A stretch of 64,000 nt of DNA, taken from an archaeon (GTDB lineage: Archaea; Micrarchaeota; Micrarchaeia; Norongarragalinales; UBA97). Shown here piece after piece: positions 27,901 to 36,775 of this stretch (positions are counted from its first letter, which is position 1; each line of letters begins with the position of its first letter). The translations under genes and the position numbers were made by a program. The stretch covers positions 64,001-128,000 of the forward strand of contig JAGVFW010000013.1 in NCBI GenBank assembly GCA_020057405.1. The letters run 5' to 3'. The notes below the pieces were generated by a model. That model did not search any database. It saw nothing but the letters and a program-made list of their open reading frames with translations, and was not told where the DNA came from.

Positions 27901-30097
27901 AAACAAGCCAGACTACATAAAAATCGGCGAGCAGTATTGCCGCGTAATCGCAGTGCTTGGCGTCCCGCGAGTTGTGCGCGCTGGTTTTCTTAACGCGCTG
28001 ATGATGCAGCAAGGCGATTTTGACGTGAGCATTCACGCTAGCCCGCGGCAAGTTGAGGACACTATAGCTGAACTAAACCACGAGCTGGTCAAGATGGCCG
28101 CGGACCTCTACTCGATGGAAAGCAGGGGCGACGTGGTGCCACCTAGCCTGAAAATGAAGTACGACGACACTATGCGCATCCTACAGCTGCTGCAAAGCGG
28201 GGAGGAAAAGCTCTTCGACTTCTCCCTCTACATCAACATTCGTGCAAAAAGCCCGGAAAAACTAGACGAGATGACCGGGAGAATGGGCGCGACCCTAGGG
28301 CAACTGGCGCTTCTTTACAAGACTATGGATTTGCAGATGCACGAAGCGCTTCCAAGCGTCCTCCCAATCGCCAGAAACCGGCTCGGCATCACCCGAAACA
28401 TGACGAGCTCGGCCCTCGCAGCGTGCTTCCCCTTCACAACAAGCAACCTGCAGGTAATGGAAAACGGGATAGTAATGGGCGTAAACGACCTCACAGGCAT
28501 TCCGATAATCATAGACTTGCACGCCCTCCAGAATTCAAACGCCTTGGTGCTCGGAGGCAGCGGCAGCGGAAAGAGCTTCAGCGTAAAAACCATTCTCTTG
28601 CGCTTGAGGCGCAACGGCACGCGCGTCTACGTAATAGACCCGCAAGGAGAGTACGCCAAGCTCGCCAAGAAATTTGGAAAAGGCGCGCAAGTAGTCGGAT
28701 TCAACCCGCAAGACAACAACGCGATAAACCCATTTGACCTAAACGGGCTGCGGCTAAGTGAGAAAGTCCACTCGCTGATGAGCCTATACTCCATAATTTG
28801 CGGCGAACTTTCCCCGGCCCAAAAAAGCCTGCTTGACGAAGCCACTTACGCAATTTACGAGGAACGCGGAATAAGTGACTTTACGCAAGCGAATGAAAAA
28901 ACTAGGATGCCGACCTTTCGCGACCTGCACGACTACTTCAGCAAGAAAGCAAACTCGCCGAATGACCTGATGCAGTCGCGTTCAACTGCTTTGGCGCTCT
29001 TAAACCGCGTAAAACCGTTCGCGACCGGCTCGATGAAGTGCTTCGACTCGCAGACTAGCGTAGACCTGGCGGCTGACTTCGTCGTTTTTGACGTCTCCTA
29101 CTTTATCGACAAGATGCAGACGGTCGCGCCCCCCGCGATGTTCATCGTACTCGACTTTTTACTCAACAAGATGAAGGAAGACTCACGCCAGAGAAAAGCA
29201 ATAGTGGTCGACGAAGCCTGGCGCCTTTTGCGTGGCCCCAGCATTTCGGAATACCTCCTCTTGTTCGCAAAAACAGCCAGGAAGTACAACACTTCCCTAC
29301 AAATAATCACCCAAGAACTAGGCGACCTTGGCAAAAGCGAGGCCGGAGCGGCGGTTCTGGCCAACACGTCAGTAAAACTAGTGCTGAGGCAAGAACCCTC
29401 TGAAATAGAAGCCGTTGGAAATGCGCTCAAGCTAAACGCGAACGAAAAAAACCGCCTTCTCTCGGCACAACCGGGCCACGGCGTGCTGTTCATCGAGAAT
29501 TCCCGCATTCCGTACTACAGCATCCACATGCCTGAAGAAAAGGAATTCATTTCAACAAAACCAGAAGAAATGACGAGCCTAGAAAAAGAACACGCGGTCG
29601 TCAGGGCGGTTGAAGAGCAAGCGCCATTCGAGAAACTCGACTTCGAGAACGGCTTTTACAAGCGCGGCGACCTCACGCCCGGAGAGGTCATGCTATTGCT
29701 CAAAAATGGCTTTACCGTGGCGACAGCCTACGACATTCGGCTCATGCGGCCAGTTGACTTCGTAGTAAAACCCAAGGCACCGGAAAGCGCGCAGCACACA
29801 ATCTACGTGACTCAAGTCGAACGCCTAATTCGAGAACACACATCTAACGTAAAGGTGAACGTGGGCAACGATGCCGACATCGTCTTTGTTGACAAAGACG
29901 GTAAGAAAATTGCGCTCGAAATTGAGACGGGAATGCGGCGCGACTACCTGCTCAAAGCCAACTCCGCACACCTGCGAAAGTACGACGAGGTATACTTCCT
30001 GGTTACGAGCGTGCACTTGGTGGAAAAATACCGGAAAATAGGGAGGGTGCTGACGAGGTCGGAAGTCCAGAGGTTTGTGGAAGAGAGATTGAACTAG
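27812..30097 (+). CDS. virB4: VirB4/TraC-like ATPase with a C-terminal PD-(D/E)xK-like extension
   Basis: GGSGSGKS, IDPQGEY, INPFD, VVDEAW and ARKY. GGAGG ribosome-binding site precedes GTG 27812. Tail DADIVF...ALEIETG. Confidence 0.85.
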   Translation: MLERLFGRKREEPKLKERLLPYLLAPSSIENKPDYIKIGEQYCRVIAVLGVPRVVRAGFLNALMMQQGDFDVSIHASPRQVEDTIAELNHELVKMAADLYSMESRGDVVPPSLKMKYDDTMRILQLLQSGEEKLFDFSLYINIRAKSPEKLDEMTGRMGATLGQLALLYKTMDLQMHEALPSVLPIARNRLGITRNMTSSALAACFPFTTSNLQVMENGIVMGVNDLTGIPIIIDLHALQNSNALVLGGSGSGKSFSVKTILLRLRRNGTRVYVIDPQGEYAKLAKKFGKGAQVVGFNPQDNNAINPFDLNGLRLSEKVHSLMSLYSIICGELSPAQKSLLDEATYAIYEERGISDFTQANEKTRMPTFRDLHDYFSKKANSPNDLMQSRSTALALLNRVKPFATGSMKCFDSQTSVDLAADFVVFDVSYFIDKMQTVAPPAMFIVLDFLLNKMKEDSRQRKAIVVDEAWRLLRGPSISEYLLLFAKTARKYNTSLQIITQELGDLGKSEAGAAVLANTSVKLVLRQEPSEIEAVGNALKLNANEKNRLLSAQPGHGVLFIENSRIPYYSIHMPEEKEFISTKPEEMTSLEKEHAVVRAVEEQAPFEKLDFENGFYKRGDLTPGEVMLLLKNGFTVATAYDIRLMRPVDFVVKPKAPESAQHTIYVTQVERLIREHTSNVKVNVGNDADIVFVDKDGKKIALEIETGMRRDYLLKANSAHLRKYDEVYFLVTSVHLVEKYRKIGRVLTRSEVQRFVEERLN

Positions 30098-30150
30098 CCC
30101 GGAAAGGTGCTTTCGCAAGCAATTTAAACACGCACTACAACTTATTATAG

Positions 30151-30399
30151 GTGATTACAGTGGATTATACTACCATTCAAATCAGCACAAACATCCGCAA
30201 TAGGCTTACTGAACTCAAAGACTCGCCCCGCCAGACTTACGACGAGGTTCTAGAAAAGCTCATAGAACTTGTCCCGAAAGGAGATGAAGAAGGAGAATAC
30301 AAACCCGCTTTCAGAGGCAGCATCCTGCGCGGACTCCTTGACGCACGACACTCGAAAACCACAGCGCTGGCAGAACTGGAGAAACAATTCGGAACGTGA
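30151..30399 (+). CDS. Antitoxin (RHH-like)
   Basis: TTIQIS...LKDSPRQTYDEVL; coupled to relE. Confidence 0.7.
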   Translation: MITVDYTTIQISTNIRNRLTELKDSPRQTYDEVLEKLIELVPKGDEEGEYKPAFRGSILRGLLDARHSKTTALAELEKQFGT

Positions 30400-30656
30400 A
30401 ACTCATGGCCTACTCCGTTCAGTTTTCGCAGGAAGCACGGGCAAACCTAGAGAAACTAGATCCACCTACGGCACGCAGAGTGATTGAAAAAATAAAGGTT
30501 GCAGCGGCAGACCCCTTTCACTATTTCAAGCGGTTAACCAACAGCGAACTCTACAAGCTTCGCGCCGGCGATTGGCGCATCCTCGCACTCATCAACCCCA
30601 CAAACGATACCCTATTCATCGTCACCCTAGGTCATCGTAAGAACATCTACGAGTAG
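30396..30656 (+). CDS. relE: RelE/ParE family toxin
   Basis: YKLRAGDWRIL...LGHRKNIY. Confidence 0.88.
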   Translation: MKLMAYSVQFSQEARANLEKLDPPTARRVIEKIKVAAADPFHYFKRLTNSELYKLRAGDWRILALINPTNDTLFIVTLGHRKNIYE

Positions 30657-32347
30657 GGCAAGCCGTCAGCCACTTCTAGTGCTTTCTCCCTCACCATCGC
30701 CGCCGACAATCCAGCGTCAACCACGCGAATTAACCTCCATCCTTTTTTGGCCAACAGCGTTTCCTTTTCTCCGTCGCGTGCTTTTTGCTTGTCCTTTGCG
30801 TGAAAGAACGCCCCATCCCACTCCACCGCAAGCTTCCTTTCAGGAAAAGTGACGTCAATCTCGAAAGGCGGTAACACCGTCCTGTCGGAAAAAACTATCT
30901 TCTCGGCCGGCAAAAGCCTGCGAAGCTCTTCATAAAACAAGCGCTGGTTGAAGGAACCGGAAATGAACGGCGCCTCGGCTTCAGCGTTCTCCTTCACGCC
31001 GTCCTCCCACAACGGCTTAACGCGCACTTTAGTCACCTCACGCTTGACACTCGTCGAGAAAAGCGCCTCGAACTGCTGAAGGGAATGCAATTCCTCCTCA
31101 ACCAACCTCGCCTTGTCAGAATACTTTCCGCCGCAAAGCAAAGCAACCGCGTAAGCAGCGTCGTCAGGCTCGCGCGTCAAAAACACGGCATTAACCGCAC
31201 AGTTAGCTGCAAGCGCCGGGTCAAGCGCTTTCACGCTCTGGCTTACGACAATCAAACCGAGCCGAAACTTTCGCGCTTCGCGTAATACCGTCGCGACGTA
31301 CGACGGCTCTTCTTCAGTGCCAACGCAGAGCTTCTGCGCCTCATCTACCAAAGCAAACAAAACCGGCAGGTTTTCAAGCGACTGACAGTAAGAATAGAGC
31401 TTACGCAAGAAAACCTCGGCAAAAACAGCTTGCGCGTCAGCCGACCGCAACCCCTTAAGCTCAAAACAACAGGTCTGACCCGTGACAACCGAAAACGGAA
31501 CCTGCGTTTTTGAAGAGAACACCCCGCTTAGAGAAATCATGTCGAGCCTGCGCTTCAACGAAAAGAGACTCGCGTCCGGCTTCTTCTGGCTCGACAAAAG
31601 AAAACTACAGTACGCCGACACTTCAGGAAGAGAAGGCGGCCGCCTGTTCCACGAACCCCTATCACCATCGCGAAAACCCCGCTCCTCAAACGCACCCTTG
31701 ACGCATTTGGCCAAAAAATACGCTTGAATATCCCCAAGCCCTAAAACCCGCTTTAACATGGAAGAGCTTTCCGCAGATTTTTCAGCCGGCGTACAACCAT
31801 CCAACTCAAAAAGCGCAAGATTGACTTTTCGAGCATCAAACACCCGCCCCCCACACGCACGAACGACGCCAGCGTACTCCTCGTGCGGGTCAAGCACGAC
31901 CACTGGCGCCCCCGCTTTCGTCAACCCATAAACCAAGCGCTTCGCCAAAGTCGACTTACCAGAACCACTCGCCCCCACAATCAAGGTGGAAGGCGCCTGC
32001 TCCTTAGAGTAGTCGACGGAATAACCCCTAAACAATAATGGACTTACCCACGCGAAATCCGTTCGAGGCGAAGAACTCCCACGCGCATACAACCGCTTCA
32101 AGAGCCACAACCACGGAAAAGCGAAGTAAAACGCGGTTTTCGCAACGTTCGACGCAGTAAAACTACCCGTCTTGCGCAACACCCACCTAACTTTACCTAT
32201 CTTGACACTAACATTTTCCATCTTTGCCAACTCCGACGCGAGCTGCAAAACTTTTTTCCGGGAAAAGCCCGCGTCAAAGCCACGGCGAAGGCGCGCCGCG
32301 AGCCTTAAACTCCTTAGCGAGCCCACAAAGGCGAAGCGACCGCCCAA
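30647..32347 (-). CDS. HerA/VirD4-like P-loop ATPase with a C-terminal DUF559/Vsr-like endonuclease
   Basis: GASGSGKS, LDPHEEY, VDEAQ and EARKF; tail EIDVTFPERKLAVEWDGAFFH...D..K..GWRLIRV. Confidence 0.8.
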   Translation of the reverse strand: MGGRFAFVGSLRSLRLAARLRRGFDAGFSRKKVLQLASELAKMENVSVKIGKVRWVLRKTGSFTASNVAKTAFYFAFPWLWLLKRLYARGSSSPRTDFAWVSPLLFRGYSVDYSKEQAPSTLIVGASGSGKSTLAKRLVYGLTKAGAPVVVLDPHEEYAGVVRACGGRVFDARKVNLALFELDGCTPAEKSAESSSMLKRVLGLGDIQAYFLAKCVKGAFEERGFRDGDRGSWNRRPPSLPEVSAYCSFLLSSQKKPDASLFSLKRRLDMISLSGVFSSKTQVPFSVVTGQTCCFELKGLRSADAQAVFAEVFLRKLYSYCQSLENLPVLFALVDEAQKLCVGTEEEPSYVATVLREARKFRLGLIVVSQSVKALDPALAANCAVNAVFLTREPDDAAYAVALLCGGKYSDKARLVEEELHSLQQFEALFSTSVKREVTKVRVKPLWEDGVKENAEAEAPFISGSFNQRLFYEELRRLLPAEKIVFSDRTVLPPFEIDVTFPERKLAVEWDGAFFHAKDKQKARDGEKETLLAKKGWRLIRVVDAGLSAAMVREKALEVADGLPYS

Positions 32348-32348
32348 A

Positions 32349-32413
32349 GGCGGGAAGGATTTAAGAACGAGCGGCCGGCAAAGACTGGCTTAGCGGGCTT
32401 TGAAAGAAAAAAA
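32349..32413 (+). repeat. ~60-bp intergenic repeat, copy 1
   Basis: GGCGGGAAGGATTTAAGAACGAGCGGCCGGCAAAGACTGGCTTAGCGGGCTTTGAAAGAAAAAAA. Confidence 0.8.
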
Positions 32414-32534
32414 TGCGCGTAAGATAAGGGAAGTGTTGAGTGGAATGCATTGGTTCGAGCGTCTGCCGCCGATAGAGCGCGTCCTCACTCAAGGCAAACT
32501 GGTTTAAATTGGAAAAGGGAAGCTTTCTGTAGAG

Positions 32535-33029
32535 ATGGTTAACCGTGGTTTTGTGAAAAGGGTCAGAAAAAGGCTAAGGACTACTGCCTCGGGTTCGGTC
32601 GGGAAAAAACGCGCGCGGACAAAAGCGCAGCTAAAAAAAGACTTGATGAAAACGCTCGCGGCCGCTCCGGTTACGGGAGTGCATTTCACAAAGAGAAAAA
32701 TCACTCTAAATTACATGGGCAAACGCATTACGGACGAAATCATTATAGATCGGGAAAGGCACGTGGCCGAGTGGAGCAGGAGAAGAAAACAGATAATCCT
32801 AGACCGGAACCTTAGCGGGTTTGACAGGGAAACCTCCTTTCGCGCGCTGTGCGTACACGAAGTGGTAGAGAAGTTCGTGGCTGAAAAGTACGGCCTCCAC
32901 GTGGATACCGAAGCGCACTTTGTAGCCGCAAAAAAAGAGGAAGAGTACGTGAAGGCACACGGCGGCAACTGGCGAAGCCACGAACTCATCGTTTACTGGG
33001 ACTGGCACAACCTGGGCGAAAAAGGATGA
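32535..33029 (+). CDS. Hypothetical protein with a HExxE...H motif (possible metal-binding or zincin-like)
   Basis: LCVHEVVEK...EAH; basic N-terminus. Confidence 0.55.
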   Translation: MVNRGFVKRVRKRLRTTASGSVGKKRARTKAQLKKDLMKTLAAAPVTGVHFTKRKITLNYMGKRITDEIIIDRERHVAEWSRRRKQIILDRNLSGFDRETSFRALCVHEVVEKFVAEKYGLHVDTEAHFVAAKKEEEYVKAHGGNWRSHELIVYWDWHNLGEKG

Positions 33030-33736
33030 AGCTGGAGTTCCACAAAATCACCTTCCGTCCCGGCGCCTACTACTGGGCATGGCTGGACGTCGACTACCTC
33101 CCCTACGCGCGGCTAGAGGAAAAAGACCTCAAAGCGCTCCCCTACCCGGTCTACATACCGTCAATCCACCCCGACTGCCCAATCGGCACGCCCTGCACCG
33201 GACCTGACACTAAAACCAACGAACTCCACTTAACCAAAACCTTCGAAGAACTCCCCTTGCATGCCGACCTGAGAAAAGACCTACGCCGGGTAGAGAAAAA
33301 AAACGCGCAAACCATCATAATAGAAAACGAGAAAGACGCGCTACTAAAGTCGCACAAATGGTTTCTCGAACAATTCGCAGAAGAGGAAGAAGACTTCAGA
33401 CGCAGGCTGCACGTCTGGAAAAACGCAAGAACCCTAAGCGCCTACACGAAAGACGAGCTACTAGCAGTCCACATAACCCTGCCAACAGAAAACACAGTGT
33501 ACTACCTAGGCTGCTGGTGGAACAGAAACCACAAGACAAACTCGCCAGCCACCTACCTGCTCAAAAAAGACATCGAAAACGCCATCAAAAACGGCATTAC
33601 CGTCTACGACCTCGGAATCGGAAGCGAACCATACAAAAAACAATGGGGCGTAACCGAAAGAAACACCAAATACTACCTCAACATGCCAAAACCACTCGAA
33701 GAAGAACTCGTCGAAAAACAAGTAATCGAAAAATAA
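33026..33736 (+). CDS. GNAT-fold (FemAB-like) acyltransferase
   Basis: SPATYLL...AIKNGITVYDLGIGSEPYKKQWG. Confidence 0.7.
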   Translation: MKLEFHKITFRPGAYYWAWLDVDYLPYARLEEKDLKALPYPVYIPSIHPDCPIGTPCTGPDTKTNELHLTKTFEELPLHADLRKDLRRVEKKNAQTIIIENEKDALLKSHKWFLEQFAEEEEDFRRRLHVWKNARTLSAYTKDELLAVHITLPTENTVYYLGCWWNRNHKTNSPATYLLKKDIENAIKNGITVYDLGIGSEPYKKQWGVTERNTKYYLNMPKPLEEELVEKQVIEK

Positions 33737-33774
33737 ACCCCAACAACTTAACAAGCCAAAACAACCACCGCAGA

Positions 33775-33840
33775 CGGGAAGGATTTAAGAACGAGCGGCC
33801 GCCAAAGACTGGTTTAGCGGGCTTTCGAAAAGAAAAAAAA
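33775..33840 (+). repeat. ~60-bp intergenic repeat, copy 2
   Basis: CGGGAAGGATTTAAGAACGAGCGGCCGCCAAAGACTGGTTTAGCGGGCTTTCGAAAAGAAAAAAAA. Confidence 0.8.
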
Positions 33841-33893
33841 CGGCTTGCAAAAGGTTCGTACGGCCGAATAAAGGAATAAAGAGTCCTGAATTT

Positions 33894-34658
33894 ATGGGAA
33901 AACCCATCCACGGAAAGTACTATTCCACCTCAGAATATCATCGGGCTTGGTTCACCGGCGAACTCTTCAAGGAAAAGCAATCATTCGGCACGTTTGCTAG
34001 GTTTCATCCCGAAATCCTAATCGACCAGATACGCGACTTGGTCAAAGACCCCAGTAAAAGCACCGTGCTCGAAATCGGCCCGGGAAACGCGCCAGTTTCC
34101 GCAGCATTGCCCTTCAAAAGACGAATATTTATTGACCGCAGCGCCAAAATTGCGACGGACCTAAAAACCCCAGCGGCCCTCATTGAAGTTACTGCGAAAA
34201 ACTTAGACGCGTTTAAGGGCCATAGCTCGTTTGAAAAAATAAAGGAACGAGTGAACAAGGGCGAACCAACTTATGCCGGAATTCGTTTAGATTCAAAAAA
34301 CACGCAAATCGTAGTCGGAGACGCTACCGCGCTGCCTTTTCGCAAAGACGTCATGCATGACTTGGTCGTAGTCAACGAAGTGCTCACCCACGTGAAACCC
34401 GAAGAACGAGTTAAGACATTAGAATCCATTGCCGCACTTACCGGCGCCATACTGATAGTAGACCGGAACCGACTGCCCTTAGAGCGAATATCCCATCACC
34501 CGCGTTTCACCGAGGCAAACAGGCTCGAAATGGAAAGACAAGTTGACTTTAATGAATTGAGAAAAGCCCTTCCCACCAACGAGTGGCACGTCCAAACTAT
34601 CGAAGTAACCAGTGAAAAACAGGCATACACCATCCTGAAGGCCGTAAGAAGGAAATAA
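33894..34658 (+). CDS. Class I SAM-dependent methyltransferase-like protein
   Basis: VLEIGPG, IDRS, VGDATALPF and DLVVVNEVLTH. Confidence 0.7.
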   Translation: MGKPIHGKYYSTSEYHRAWFTGELFKEKQSFGTFARFHPEILIDQIRDLVKDPSKSTVLEIGPGNAPVSAALPFKRRIFIDRSAKIATDLKTPAALIEVTAKNLDAFKGHSSFEKIKERVNKGEPTYAGIRLDSKNTQIVVGDATALPFRKDVMHDLVVVNEVLTHVKPEERVKTLESIAALTGAILIVDRNRLPLERISHHPRFTEANRLEMERQVDFNELRKALPTNEWHVQTIEVTSEKQAYTILKAVRRK

Positions 34659-34676
34659 AAAAAATGACTCGCCAAA

Positions 34677-34738
34677 GGCGGGAAGGGTTTAAGAACGAGC
34701 GGCCCGACTAAGTGGGGCAGCGAGCTTTGAAAAAAAAG
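34677..34738 (+). repeat. ~60-bp intergenic repeat, copy 3 (diverged)
   Basis: GGCGGGAAGGGTTTAAGAACGAGCGGCC...GCGAGCTTTGAAAAAAAA. Confidence 0.7.
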
Positions 34739-34870
34739 CGCTCGCGATAAAAGAAAAATCGAGTCTGAAACTGAAAATCGTTTTAGTGCAGTTTCCTCAT
34801 TATGTCCGTACCCACCCTGGCCCACGCGTTTTCCTTCAGTAAACCGCTTCGCTCCAACCCATCCAGCACT

Positions 34871-35395
34871 TCAGGATTTGAAAAAATAGCCCCCACGGCG
34901 AAGCGCACGCAATAATGTTTCAGCCGCACGGGGCTTATCGTGCAGGAACATCACGTTGTAAAACAATATGGCGTGAGGCTGGTTTAAGGGAGTGAGGCTG
35001 AGGCCTTCTACGTTGGCGTGATGAAAAGTATACTCTATTTTTGCGTCTGAATCAAAGACATTAGAAGCTAACGCGGCTTCGCGGGCCGCAGAAAGATTGG
35101 CCTCATTAAAGTCCAAAACACTTACGCAGGCAATCTTGCCGGCCGCACGCAAGTATTTCGCAACCTCAATGTGCTCACTAGGAAAGTCGGATGACGAACC
35201 GGGCACTTCAACTAGAGTATTTCCGCGGACTAATTTAGTGTCTGACGGCCCGCCGACTCCCACAACCCAAGCACGAATGACTTTAGACCGAGATTTGGAA
35301 AACAACGAAGTAAGGGAAGAAAGCCGAGGATTCCGGTTTGGCACGGTTAAACCAAAGGCAACAAGCTTTTCAGTCATAACAAACACCTGAATCAA
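34871..35395 (-). CDS. Divergent methyltransferase-like protein
   Basis: VVGVGG, VLDFN and ILFYNV...LRRGGYF. Confidence 0.4.
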   Translation of the reverse strand: MIQVFVMTEKLVAFGLTVPNRNPRLSSLTSLFSKSRSKVIRAWVVGVGGPSDTKLVRGNTLVEVPGSSSDFPSEHIEVAKYLRAAGKIACVSVLDFNEANLSAAREAALASNVFDSDAKIEYTFHHANVEGLSLTPLNQPHAILFYNVMFLHDKPRAAETLLRALRRGGYFFKS

Positions 35396-35856
35396 ACACT
35401 ACTTTAAATCCAGCGATAAAAAAAAAGTCAGAACCAACCAGATAACGGTTAAGCACGAGCCGACCGCCAAACGAGCTTAGCGCGCCAAAGCAGGAAAAAA
35501 CAAACACACACAAGACTAAACCAAACAACCAAGAACCACGCCGAAACAACGCATACACAAAAACATGCTACAAAACGACACGCACGCAAAGTATTTCGAC
35601 GCGAAACTACAAGAAGCGACAACAAAAAGAACCGCGCTCAAAGCACTACTAAGGAACGGATAAAACAAGCTAACTACGGCACACCACCTTTACCCCCACC
35701 GCGAAGAACGACGGGAAGACCTTACTGCAAACGCAGCCGACCCCCGCCCTGCCTTCCTTTGATCAAATAAAGCCCCCTGACGCCTCAAAACACGCCGTTC
35801 GCGGCCCAAAAACCGCCGCTTTTAACGCTTAAAAAGTCGGGCCGCCTAATAACACT

Positions 35857-36207
35857 GTGATTCCGGACGTAGTCGAACGCATTGCCGCCGAAGTAAGCCT
35901 AGTCCTAAGCGTCATCGTCCTGATTTTCTGGGGCGCATACTCGCTCATCATAAGCCAACAACTAAAGCAAGGGACCGCCAGGAAGGACTGGAAAATTTCG
36001 ATGGTATTCTACGGCGGCATCATGCTTTTGGTGTCCTCAACCATCCTGATGGGCGCCAGCATGCTCTACAACACGCGCGAAGGAGAACAGCTCTCGACAA
36101 TCCTAAACAGCATCTCGATGCTCATCTTCATCTACGGCTTCTACCTGCGCATGCAAAGCGTGCTGCCCGAAGACGGCATACTGCAACCTCACAAGAAAAA
36201 ACGCTAA
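35857..36207 (+). CDS. Small membrane protein (3 TM)
   Basis: Three hydrophobic segments. Confidence 0.65.
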   Translation: MIPDVVERIAAEVSLVLSVIVLIFWGAYSLIISQQLKQGTARKDWKISMVFYGGIMLLVSSTILMGASMLYNTREGEQLSTILNSISMLIFIYGFYLRMQSVLPEDGILQPHKKKR

Positions 36208-36225
36208 GAGACGCACAATCGGCTA

Positions 36226-36630
36226 CTAACCGAACTCGCCTTCCTTTTCGAGCAACTTTTGCCCCAGGTGCGAATAGACTGCGAGCTTGAGTACCTTTAG
36301 CGGGAGGAGTGCGCACTTTGCCCGAACGGCCGAAATAGGAACGCCAAGAAGCGAGTAGGCAAAGTCCTTGTCGAGGAGACGGAGTTCGTCGAGCGATTTT
36401 CCAATGCAGGCTTCGCACAGCATGTCGGCCGAAGCAGTCGAAATCGCGCAACCAACGCCAGTAAACGACGCGTCCACCACCCTACCATCAGGCCCCAACT
36501 GCACGAAAAGCGTAAAATCATCCCCGCACACGGGATTGACGTCATGCGCTCGCAGTGCCGCCGACGCCAGCTCGCGCCTAAAACGCGGCGAACGATAGCG
36601 GTCCAGCACGTTCTCGGAATACATATCCAT
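36226..36630 (-). CDS. sufU: SufU/IscU-type Fe-S scaffold / sulfur transfer protein
   Basis: NPVCGD, GCAISTAS and RAKCA. Confidence 0.9.
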   Translation of the reverse strand: MDMYSENVLDRYRSPRFRRELASAALRAHDVNPVCGDDFTLFVQLGPDGRVVDASFTGVGCAISTASADMLCEACIGKSLDELRLLDKDFAYSLLGVPISAVRAKCALLPLKVLKLAVYSHLGQKLLEKEGEFG

Positions 36631-36631
36631 T

Positions 36632-36775
36632 TTAGATCATGCCATGGAAAATTGCGTGAAGAACCGCGCCAAGCACAAAAATAATGCCGCCAATCAAGTA
36701 ATCGCCAGTAAGCAAGGCAAACAAAAGCCCACCACCCATCAGCACATCATCTACCCAGTCTAACTGCTCAATCAT
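36632..36775 (-). CDS. 47-aa membrane microprotein inside the SUF operon (not in ORF track)
   Basis: MIEQLDWVDDVLMGGGLLFALLTGDYLIGGIIFVLGAVLHAIFHGMI. ATGA overlap with the sufS stop; ends just before the sufU ATG. Confidence 0.65.
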   Translation of the reverse strand: MIEQLDWVDDVLMGGGLLFALLTGDYLIGGIIFVLGAVLHAIFHGMI

